Source: Bacilliculturomica massiliensis
Lineage (GTDB): Bacteria; Bacillota; Clostridia; Peptostreptococcales; Anaerovoracaceae
Assembly: GCF_900605495.1 (NCBI RefSeq)
Contig: NZ_LR027602.1
Coordinates: 514,456-578,455 of the forward strand
Reading direction: 5' to 3'
Length of the DNA stretch: 64,000 bases
The number at the start of each line of letters is the position of its first letter. The first letter of the stretch is position 1. Of the stretch, positions 56,350-64,000 are shown piece after piece. Both the position numbers and the translations under genes were made by a program. The notes beneath the pieces are model-generated. The model worked only from the letters and a program-made list of their open reading frames with translations. It made no database searches and was not told the DNA's origin.

Positions 56350-57756
56350 ATGGACAACAAATTGACAAAGCGACAGTGGAAGGTTCCGCATACGTATGTC
56401 ATCATCATGGCCTTTGTGATCTTCATGGCGATCATGACGTATGTGATCCCCGCCGGGGAGTACGGCACGTATATGGACGAGGTTACCGAGCGCGAACTGG
56501 TAGATCCGCAGAGCTTTACGTATGTAGAGAATCAGCCGGTATCGCTGATGCAGGTGCTGACCTCGATCACGGCGGGCATGCAGGGCGTGGCGGACGTGAT
56601 CTTTTTCGTATTTATCATCGGAGGATCTATGGAGATCCTGTACGCCACCGGAGCGATCCACAGGGGAGTCGACAGCGTGGCGAAGAATAAGCTCATGGGC
56701 AGGTGGTTTATTCCGATCTTCGCGTTCATTTTTGCGCTGGGCGGCGCGACCTTCGGCGTCTCTGATGAGATCGTGATCTTCGCGCCTCTGGGGGTGGCAC
56801 TGGCCCACGCCATGGGTTACGATGCCATCACAGGACTTGCCACCATTGCCCTGGGCGCCGCGGTGGGCTTTAACGCCGGATTTATGAATCCCTTCTCCAC
56901 CAGCATCGCCCAATCCATCGCCCAGCTGCCGATTTTTTCCGGAATCGAGCTGCGGCTGATCGTATTTGTCGTTTTGTTTGTTGTGACGGTCGGTTACATT
57001 ATGCGTTACGCCAAGAAGATCAAGAACAATCCGGAATTGTCCATCGTGAGAGACTGTCTCTGCGAGACGGACAGAAGGGATCTCAGCGTGGAGACGCTGG
57101 AAGGCGCAGGGGGCAGGGACAAGCTGATCCTGCTGGTGCTCTGCGGCGGCATCCTGATCATGGTGTACGGCGTATTCAACTGGGATTGGTATATCGATGA
57201 GATGGCGGGCGTGTTCGTGGCGATCGGCATCATCAGCGGCTTCATCGGCCGCATGGGACCCAGCCGCATGGCTGAAGCGTTTGTCGAAGGTTCAAAATCG
57301 CTGGCGTTTGGAGCGCTGGTCACCGGTTTCGCCAAGGCGATTCTCATCATCATGGAAGACGGCATGATCCTGGATTCCATCATCCATGGACTGGGCAACG
57401 CGGTAATGGCTCTGCCCACGGCGATCGCGGCACTGGGCATGTATGCGATCCAGATCGTCATCAATTTCTTCATTCCCTCGTCCACGGGTCAGGCGGCCAC
57501 CGTTATGCCGATCATGATCCCGCTGGCTGACATCGTGGGGGTAACGCGTCAGACGGCGGTACTGGCCTTCCAGTTCGGCGACGGTTTCAGCAATTCCATC
57601 ATCCCCACGTCTTCCGTCCTGATGACGTATCTGGCGGCTGCGCGTATCCCCTATGAAAAATGGGTGAAATTCATCTGGCCGCTGATGCTGATCTGGATCG
57701 GTATCGGCGCTATATTCCTGATGGTCGCCACGGCTATCAACTACGGTCCGTTCTAA
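56350..57756 (+). CDS. YfcC/DcuC-like (C4-dicarboxylate anaerobic carrier family) transporter
   Basis: Start at MDNKLTKRQW after AACAGGAGGAAAGAA. Polytopic membrane protein, 468 aa. Confidence 0.75.
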   Translation: MDNKLTKRQWKVPHTYVIIMAFVIFMAIMTYVIPAGEYGTYMDEVTERELVDPQSFTYVENQPVSLMQVLTSITAGMQGVADVIFFVFIIGGSMEILYATGAIHRGVDSVAKNKLMGRWFIPIFAFIFALGGATFGVSDEIVIFAPLGVALAHAMGYDAITGLATIALGAAVGFNAGFMNPFSTSIAQSIAQLPIFSGIELRLIVFVVLFVVTVGYIMRYAKKIKNNPELSIVRDCLCETDRRDLSVETLEGAGGRDKLILLVLCGGILIMVYGVFNWDWYIDEMAGVFVAIGIISGFIGRMGPSRMAEAFVEGSKSLAFGALVTGFAKAILIIMEDGMILDSIIHGLGNAVMALPTAIAALGMYAIQIVINFFIPSSTGQAATVMPIMIPLADIVGVTRQTAVLAFQFGDGFSNSIIPTSSVLMTYLAAARIPYEKWVKFIWPLMLIWIGIGAIFLMVATAINYGPF

Positions 57757-57997
57757 GGATCATTCCGCATTTCGATGCGGACGTCAGGCGGCACGCCGGG
57801 GCGGGAAGACCGCAGCCCGGTGGGAACTGTCATGAATGGGGCCGCCTGTCTGAGCATCAGGTCTGCAGGACTGCAGGACCGCGGCCTGATCGCAGCGAGA
57901 CTGTTACGGAAACGGCCGCCTGCCGGGGCGGCGGAGTGGGAAGGGTGGAACGCGCCTGACCGATATGAAATAAGAAAACAATAAAGGAGTTATCGCA

Positions 57998-59026
57998 ATG
58001 GAAAAACAGATGACGAAAACGGAGAGGGTCCGCGGAGCCGTTCGTTTTGAGGATATAGACCGCATTCCGATCAGCCTGTGGCCTCATTTTACGGATGTGG
58101 ATCAGGACTGGGAAAAGCTGGCGGACGCGCAGTTCCGCCACTATCAGATCCTGGATCTGGATTTTGTAAAACTGATGCCCTTCGGGCTCTACGGTGTGGA
58201 GGATTACGGCGTAAAGATCGAAAAATTTTACCTGCCGGACCAGTGGCCCCGGGTAGCGGAGGAATTTATTCAGAAGGATGAGGACTGGGAAAAGATCGTT
58301 CCACTGGATGTAACGAAGGGGACTTATGGCGATCAGCTGCGTTACGCCGGGCGCATGCTGGATCTGATGAAAGAGGCGGACGACGTGGCCCCGGTGATCC
58401 ATACCATATTCAGCCCGCTGACCACGCTCTACAAACTGATCGGTGAGAAAAAGCTGCTGTCGGCGATCGGGGAAGAGCCGGATAAGGTCCATGGGGCGCT
58501 GGAGACGATTACAGCGACCACCGTGGAGTTCGTGAAGGAAAACATATCGCTGGGTATCAGCGGGTTCTTCTTTGCCAGCCAGCTGGCAAATTACCGCTTT
58601 ATGGACGATCCAACATACGATGAATTTGGCGAGGCGTACGACCGCAGAGTGATCGCGGCTTATCAGGACGAGACCTGGTTCAACGTGGTGCATATCCACA
58701 GCTTTACCCAGCAGCAGGAGATGGCCATGTTTGAAAGGCTGATGAATTATCCTGCCACCTGCGCCAACTGGCACGACCGCTGGACAGGTCCCAGTCTGGC
58801 GGAAGCCAGAAAGGTCACGGATAAATGCCTGATCGGCGGGATCAACGAGGAACAGTATTTCAATAAGGTAGATTACAGAGAGGTGTACGATCACGTCCGG
58901 GAGGGCATGGAACTGGGCGGCAGACGGGGCTACATGGTGGGACCGGGCTGCACGATCTACGAGGACACCCCGGCAGCCAATTACATGGCAGCCAGACTGG
59001 CCGTCGAAAAATACGGAAAGCTGTAA
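57998..59026 (+). CDS. Uroporphyrinogen decarboxylase (URO-D)-family protein
   Basis: 342 aa. The URO-D-like TIM-barrel family is common in anaerobes (methyltransferase or decarboxylase-like). RBS AAAGGAG. Confidence 0.65.
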   Translation: MEKQMTKTERVRGAVRFEDIDRIPISLWPHFTDVDQDWEKLADAQFRHYQILDLDFVKLMPFGLYGVEDYGVKIEKFYLPDQWPRVAEEFIQKDEDWEKIVPLDVTKGTYGDQLRYAGRMLDLMKEADDVAPVIHTIFSPLTTLYKLIGEKKLLSAIGEEPDKVHGALETITATTVEFVKENISLGISGFFFASQLANYRFMDDPTYDEFGEAYDRRVIAAYQDETWFNVVHIHSFTQQQEMAMFERLMNYPATCANWHDRWTGPSLAEARKVTDKCLIGGINEEQYFNKVDYREVYDHVREGMELGGRRGYMVGPGCTIYEDTPAANYMAARLAVEKYGKL

Positions 59027-59096
59027 GGAAATGCGGTTTCGGCGCGGCGCACCCTGTGGTATCATAGAGGAAAGCGGGATCGAACGGAGGTGCGCC

Positions 59097-59840
59097 GTGG
59101 CGGAATTAATGGAAATCAGGGATTATGTGTGGACGACGGCCAAGGTGATCGGGTCCGTTCTGAAAAAGGAAGTCGTGATCTGCGACAGCCGCATGTATAT
59201 CGTGGGAGACAGCAAATATGACTCCTACGCAGACATGAAGAAGAACACGGTGACCAACGACGCGATTCTGCGGACGGCCATGCAGAATCGGGAAGTTCTG
59301 ACCATCAACAACGTAAAAGAGGAAGCGGAGGGCTGCAGCACCTGTGAAAATCTGGAATGGTGTGACATTAACTCGATCATCGCCTTTCCTATCATAAAGG
59401 ACGATGTGGTCATCGGCTGCATCGGGCTGTATTCCGACGACGCAGGATTTCAGGCAGGCGTCACGGAGGAGGGACGCTTTCTCATCGATTTTATCTGGAG
59501 GATGTCGGAGCTGCTCATCAGCAAGCTGGAAGAAAAGAACGAGAATCTGGAGCTGAAGGCGCTTCAGAAACGGTTGTCCAGCATGATCGAGCATCTGGAT
59601 ACGGCAGTTGCCGGCATCGACGGAAAAGGGCGCATCATTCACACGAATTCTAAGTTTTGGGAAATATTTGGCGGGGAGGGAGAGCCTTCTGGATCGTTCG
59701 GGCAGACCGCTTCGGGAGGATCCGCGGCGGCGCGGCGCCGGAGCACGGGCTCCCAGAATCCGCGCTGTCTCTTATGCACCTCTGGCTGTGTATCAGAGAC
59801 AGCTTTCTTAACAGGTGGACAGACATGGCCAACACATTGA
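59097..59840 (+). pseudogene. N-terminal sensor (GAF/PAS-like) portion of a sigma-54-dependent activator. The C-terminal roughly 90 codons appear frame-disrupted
   Basis: The ORF is in the same frame (mod 3) as the downstream AAA+ ORF but is separated from it by two in-frame stops (TGA at 59838..59840 and about 59865). PAS-like fragments (GRESLLDRSGRPL and others) appear in the other two frames at 59640..59930. Confidence 0.45.
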
Positions 59841-59930
59841 CAACTGAGCAGGGGAAGGTGAGACCGCGCCGGGAAACGGACGGCAGGGCCGGGCGAACCG
59901 CAGGCGGCGGGCTCGGAGGAACGGCAGGCG

Positions 59931-61109
59931 GTGCGGCCCCTTGAATCGCTGAAACCTCTGCGGGACTGTCCGGAGTTTCTGGCGTTATTGCAGGATAAGA
60001 CGGAAGGCGACGCGGAGAAAGAACTGCAGTTTCTGGTAGGACGGAAAAAGATCAACGTCATCGTTACGGTCAATCACATCGAGATCGACGGCGTGCCCGC
60101 GGGGACGATGGTGTATTTCAAAAACACGTCCAAGCTGTATGAAGAGATCAACCGCGTGTCCAACAGCTATACAAGAGTGACCTTCGACGATGTGATCGGA
60201 AACAGCCAGATCATCCGGGACCTGAAAGAGAAAGCCGAGATCTTTTCCAAGAGTTCCTCTACGATCCTCATACAGGGTGAGAGCGGGACGGGGAAGGAGA
60301 TCTTTTCCCGGGCCATTCACAGCGCCAGCAGCAGGTGCGACGGTCCCTTCGTGGCGGTGAACTGCGCGGCCATACCGGACAATCTGCTGGAAAGCGAACT
60401 GTTTGGCTATGAGGAAGGGGCGTTTACGGGAGCAGCTAAGGGCGGCCGCATCGGAAAGTTTCAGCTGGCGAACAACGGCACGCTGTTTCTCGACGAGGTG
60501 GGAGAGATGCCTATTCATCTGCAGGTGAAGCTGCTGCGGGCCATCCAGGAGAAGAAGATCCAGAAGATCGGCGGAAGCCGGGACATCGATATCAATATCC
60601 GCATTATCGCGGCCACGAATAAGGATCTGGAGCGCATGATCGAGAGCGGCGAATTCAGGGAAGATCTGTTTTACCGTCTCAACGTCATACCGGTGACGCT
60701 GCCCGCGCTGCGGGAGCGCCGGTCGGATATTCCGGTCCTGCTCACGTATTTTTTGGACAAGTTCAACGACGTGCTGGAAAAAAACATCAGAGGCCTGGAC
60801 CGGGAAGCCCAGCGGCTGTTTTATACCTATGACTGGCCGGGAAACATCCGGGAACTTCAGAACACGGTGGAATACTGTGTCAACATGGCGGAGGGGCCCT
60901 ATATCAGACCGGAGGACCTGCCCCGGCGCGTGACACAGCCGAAGAATCACCTGCACCGGGAGGATATCCGGCCCCTGCGGGAGATCGAACAATTTTACAT
61001 CCAGGGAGCGGTCAGCGTCTTCGGGGACACCTACGAGGGAAAAGAGGAGGCGGCGCGGGCCTTGGGCATCGGCATCGCCACGCTGTACCGAAAGCTGAAA
61101 AACAGCTGA
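59931..61109 (+). CDS. Sigma-54-dependent transcriptional activator, AAA+ and HTH portion (bEBP)
   Basis: Walker A GESGTGKE, the GAFTGA motif ([12 protein letters not shown]), an arginine finger region and a C-terminal Fis-type HTH ([16 protein letters not shown]). Starts at GTG. Confidence 0.8.
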   Translation: MRPLESLKPLRDCPEFLALLQDKTEGDAEKELQFLVGRKKINVIVTVNHIEIDGVPAGTMVYFKNTSKLYEEINRVSNSYTRVTFDDVIGNSQIIRDLKEKAEIFSKSSSTILIQGESGTGKEIFSRAIHSASSRCDGPFVAVNCAAIPDNLLESELFGYEEGAFTGAAKGGRIGKFQLANNGTLFLDEVGEMPIHLQVKLLRAIQEKKIQKIGGSRDIDINIRIIAATNKDLERMIESGEFREDLFYRLNVIPVTLPALRERRSDIPVLLTYFLDKFNDVLEKNIRGLDREAQRLFYTYDWPGNIRELQNTVEYCVNMAEGPYIRPEDLPRRVTQPKNHLHREDIRPLREIEQFYIQGAVSVFGDTYEGKEEAARALGIGIATLYRKLKNS

Positions 61110-61193
61110 GGGACAGTTGGCGAACGGAAAAAGAAGACGGAAAACGCAAGAGAAGATCAGGGCAGAACACTGCCTGAGAAAGGGAGAGGGAAT

Positions 61194-62450
61194 ATGTACA
61201 ACGAATTTGTGGAAGCTCTGAAGAGAGAACTGGTCCCGGCCATGGGGTGTACCGAGCCGATCGCCATCGCCTACGCAGGCGCGGTGGCGCGGCGGGAGCT
61301 GGGCGCGGTTCCGCAGCACATTACGGTGAGATGCAGCGGAAATATTATAAAGAACGTGAAGGGAGTAGTCGTTCCAACCACGGGTGATATGAAAGGGATC
61401 GAGACCAGCGCCGTGCTGGGATCGCTGGCAGGGGACGCCGACAAGAACCTGGAAGTGCTGAACGGCGTCAGACCTGAGGATATTGAGAAGACAAAAGAAC
61501 TGCTGGCTCATGGGATCTGCAGAGTGGAGCTGGCGGAAGGCGTGGAGAATCTCTACATCGAATTGACCGCATCTGCGGGTGAGGACCGGGTCACGGTGGT
61601 GATCGCAGATACCCATACAAATATTGTGAAAATAGAAAAAAACGGAGTTGTTTGTTTTGAAACAAAAAAAGCGGCGGAAGAGATACAGAAGGTAATAAAT
61701 GAAAACCAGTTTACCGTCCGCAGTATCTATGAGTTTGCAAACACTGTCAATATAGAGGATGTGAAGGACGTGCTGGACCGCCAGATCAGCATGAATATGC
61801 GCATCGCCACGGAGGGCATGGAGCATCTGTACGGTGCAAACGTGGGAAAATCCTTGGTAAAGCACTACGGAGAGGATATCAAGATCCTGGCCAAGGCCTA
61901 CGCGGCGGCAGGTTCCGATGCGCGGATGAGCGGCTGCGAGATGCCGGTGGTCATCAATTCGGGAAGCGGAAACCAGGGGATCACCGTATCGGTGCCGGTA
62001 GTAGTCTACGCCAAGTATCTGGACGTGTCCGACGAAAAACTGTACCGGGCGCTGACGCTGTCCAATCTGCTGTCGATCCATCTGAAGATGGGGATCGGCA
62101 AGCTGTCGGCCTACTGCGGAGCGGTGAGCGCGGCCTGCGGCTGCGGTGCGGCCATCTCCTACCTGTACGGCGCGCCCTTTGAGGTCATTGCAGACACTAT
62201 CACGAATATTCTGGGTAATGTGTCCGGCATTGTGTGCGACGGCGCCAAGCCCTCCTGTGCGGCCAAGATCGCGTCTTCCGTGGATGCAGCGATCCTGGGA
62301 CACAGCATGGCTATGGACGGCATGACCTTCAGCGATGGGGAGGGTCTGGTAAAAAAAGATATCGAGGAGACGATCCAGAGCATCTGGCGTCTGGGAAAAG
62401 AGGGTATGAAGGACACTGATGTGGAGATCCTGAATATCATGATCAATTAG
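61194..62450 (+). CDS. L-cysteine desulfidase / serine-dehydratase-like family protein (YhaM/CdsB-like, UPF0597)
   Basis: GCTEPIAIAYAGAVA and SDARMSGCEMPVVINSGSGNQGITVSVPVV match the YhaM-family conserved blocks. 418 aa. Confidence 0.8.
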   Translation: MYNEFVEALKRELVPAMGCTEPIAIAYAGAVARRELGAVPQHITVRCSGNIIKNVKGVVVPTTGDMKGIETSAVLGSLAGDADKNLEVLNGVRPEDIEKTKELLAHGICRVELAEGVENLYIELTASAGEDRVTVVIADTHTNIVKIEKNGVVCFETKKAAEEIQKVINENQFTVRSIYEFANTVNIEDVKDVLDRQISMNMRIATEGMEHLYGANVGKSLVKHYGEDIKILAKAYAAAGSDARMSGCEMPVVINSGSGNQGITVSVPVVVYAKYLDVSDEKLYRALTLSNLLSIHLKMGIGKLSAYCGAVSAACGCGAAISYLYGAPFEVIADTITNILGNVSGIVCDGAKPSCAAKIASSVDAAILGHSMAMDGMTFSDGEGLVKKDIEETIQSIWRLGKEGMKDTDVEILNIMIN

Positions 62451-62584
62451 AGCGGCGGGGCGACCGTAGAAGGCGGGCTGCTGCAGAGCCGTTGGAGACG
62501 GACCGGCTCAGAGAGGGCGGAAGCGGGCTGCCGCAGGAGGCTGGAAGGGGCGTCTTTTCCGCAGCAAACGGAAGGAGGATGGAC

Positions 62585-63754
62585 ATGAAACACAAATATA
62601 TAGCCAAGAGATACTGGAAGGACCAGAGCACGGCCATGGGACAGTCGGATGTGATGGCCAGGGCTTTTGACGACGTGATCAATCTCAGCCTGGGAGATCC
62701 GGATCTGATCACCCACGAACTGATCATCGACAAGGCTTTTGCGGACGCCAGAGCGGGCCACACAAAATACACGGACTTCCGGGGCGATCCGGAGCTGCGG
62801 GCGGAGATCTGCAGGTTCTATGAGGAAGAGTACGGCATGGACGTAAAAGACGAGGAGGTCTTCGTCTGCGCCAGCGCCTGCCTGGGCATGTACCTGGCGC
62901 TGGAAGCCATTCTGGACGACGGGGACGAAGTGATCCTGCAGGCCCCGTATTTCACCCCTTATCCCCAGCAGGTAGAGCTGGCCCGTGGAATACCGGTGGA
63001 GCTTGCCACTTATGAGGAAGAAGATTTCCAGATCAACATCGAGCGTCTGGAGGGGCTGATCAACGAGCGCACCAAGGCCGTCGTCATCAATTCGCCCAGC
63101 AATCCCACGGGAAACTGCCTGACGGTGGAGACCATGGAGGAGATCGGTCGGATCGCGGAGAAATACGACCTGCTGGTGATCAGCGACGACATCTACACGG
63201 CGTTCAGCTACCAGAACCCCTTCGTGCCCTTTGGGTCCCTTAAGGGGATGAAAGAGCGGACGATCATACTGAACAGCTTTTCGAAGAATTTCACCATGAC
63301 AGGGTGGAGAGTGGGAAATATCATCGCGCCGGAATACATCATAAAGGTGATCCAGCAGATCAACGAGAACGTGGTGTTCACGGCGCCGTCGATCTCGCAG
63401 AGAGCGGCGCTGCACGCGCTGAGGAACCGGAAGGAAGTGCAGCCGTCCATGGTGGAGGAATACCGGAGCCGGGTATTTTACGCGGCGAAGCGGATCAACG
63501 AGCTTAAGGGAATGTCGGTGATCGATCCGCCCAAGGGGAGCTTTTACCTGTTCATCAACATCAAGGAGACAGGTCTGAGCTCGGAGGAAGCTGCGGAGGC
63601 GATCCTGAAGGAGGCCCACGTGCTGATGCTGCCGGGAAACGCCTTCGGAAGCTGCGGGGAAGGGTATCTGCGCATCGCATGCACGGTGAACAATCAGGTG
63701 CTGGGCGAGGCCTTCGACCGGATCGGGCGGATGAAGCTGTTCGGTGGAAAGTGA
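62585..63754 (+). CDS. PLP-dependent aminotransferase, class I/II
   Basis: Start after GGAAGGAGGA. SFSKNFTMTGWRVG carries the PLP lysine context. 389 aa. Confidence 0.8.
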   Translation: MKHKYIAKRYWKDQSTAMGQSDVMARAFDDVINLSLGDPDLITHELIIDKAFADARAGHTKYTDFRGDPELRAEICRFYEEEYGMDVKDEEVFVCASACLGMYLALEAILDDGDEVILQAPYFTPYPQQVELARGIPVELATYEEEDFQINIERLEGLINERTKAVVINSPSNPTGNCLTVETMEEIGRIAEKYDLLVISDDIYTAFSYQNPFVPFGSLKGMKERTIILNSFSKNFTMTGWRVGNIIAPEYIIKVIQQINENVVFTAPSISQRAALHALRNRKEVQPSMVEEYRSRVFYAAKRINELKGMSVIDPPKGSFYLFINIKETGLSSEEAAEAILKEAHVLMLPGNAFGSCGEGYLRIACTVNNQVLGEAFDRIGRMKLFGGK

Positions 63755-63779
63755 CGAAGAAAGCGTGACTAACGTGACC

Positions 63780-63830
63780 TGTAAAGCGTGATCCGGAAAA
63801 GTTTGCTCAAGTAAAGCGTGATCCGGAAAA
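63780..63830 (+). repeat. Direct repeat (gtaaagcgtgatccggaaaa, 2 copies, 11-nt spacer) upstream of the PucR-like gene
   Basis: ctgtaaagcgtgatccggaaaagtttgctcaagtaaagcgtgatccggaaaacg. Confidence 0.75.
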
Positions 63831-63894
63831 CGTCCGTACCAAATGAATACATGTGGCGCTGTGGGGAAAGCCTGCATCGGGGAGGAGTGTCTGC

Positions 63895-64000
63895 ATGCCG
63901 ATTACACTGCGGGACATTTTGCATATGGAAAAGATGGCGGCCCGCGTGCTTGCCGGGTCAGGGGGACTGGATCGGGAGATCGGGCACATTGCCGCTTTCG
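63895..64000 (+). CDS. PucR-family transcriptional regulator, N-terminal fragment (runs off the window end)
   Basis: MPITLRDILHMEKMAARVLAGSGGLDREIGHIAAF is a PucR N-terminal-domain-like sequence. RBS GGGGAGGAG. Confidence 0.6.
   Translation, partial: MPITLRDILHMEKMAARVLAGSGGLDREIGHIAAF

Noticed and set aside
61160-61174. Possible sigma-54 promoter GGCAGAACACTGCC upstream of the cysteine-desulfidase-like gene
   Set aside because: It is only a partial match to TGGCAC-N5-TTGC, and the predicted transcription start would fall inside or after the RBS, 10 nt before the ATG.

Overview
The window is a high-GC (roughly 60%) chromosomal segment that reads as an anaerobic Firmicutes/Clostridia-type genome; the taxonomic guess is inference only. 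Coding density is high, and most of the long antisense ORFs in the six-frame track are GC-driven shadow frames.

Content from 5' to 3':
- 1..318: a partial 2x[4Fe-4S] ferredoxin gene on the minus strand with a repetitive C-terminal tail.
- 752..11064: a co-directional butyrate-forming acyl-CoA cluster. It comprises a 4-hydroxybutyryl-CoA dehydratase-like enzyme (AbfD-like), a four-subunit 2-oxoacid:ferredoxin oxidoreductase in gamma-delta-alpha-beta order, a DUF362 Fe-S protein, a 4-hydroxybutyrate/acetyl-CoA-type CoA-transferase, butyryl-CoA dehydrogenase and EtfB/EtfA.
- 11434..12882: an NhaC-family transporter.
- 13078..18465: the most interesting region. It is a cobalamin-dependent mutase-like module made of two paralogous glutamate-mutase-E/2-methyleneglutarate-mutase-like TIM-barrel proteins. 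One is fused to a C-terminal DxHxxG B12-binding domain and one lacks it. Between them lie an SDR oxidoreductase and a GlmL/MutL-like (ASKHA) putative reactivase.
- 18752..28907: an orphan 429-aa protein, an IclR regulator, a cell-wall amidase, a cluster of DnaA boxes around a convergent junction, a ClC transporter, MurJ next to a DUF368 membrane protein, an orphan 402-aa protein, GalU and a small unannotated ferredoxin.
- about 28990..29250: an Illumina TruSeq-universal-adapter-like 58-mer (51/58 identity) embedded in low-complexity sequence, most likely an assembly artefact.
- 29252..38771: a glutamate-synthase-domain-2-like FMN protein, the nfeD-floT (flotillin) operon, an XRE regulator, a lipoprotein and an MBOAT plus DHHW-like O-acyltransferase pair.
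- 38882..38995: a 37-aa Cys-rich micro-ORF.
- 39310..41092: an IS3-family element (orfA/orfB with an A8 slippery site) inserted into a roughly 150-bp intergenic repeat; an uninterrupted paralogous copy of that repeat lies at about 55440..55590.
- 41601..64000, 5' to 3': ECF sigma/anti-sigma (SigV/RsiV-like), birA-bioY with a bioO-like operator, DUF3795, DUF4349, a lipoprotein, RsuA-family pseudouridine synthase, ZupT, a HAD hydrolase, a SAM-I riboswitch plus metK, aspartate kinase, several short-period tandem repeat arrays flanking a zeta-toxin-like toxin-antitoxin pair, a YfcC transporter, a URO-D-like protein, a sigma-54 activator whose sensor region contains in-frame stops and frame breaks, an L-cysteine-desulfidase-family protein, an aminotransferase and a partial PucR-like regulator.

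No rRNA or tRNA genes and no CRISPR array were found.
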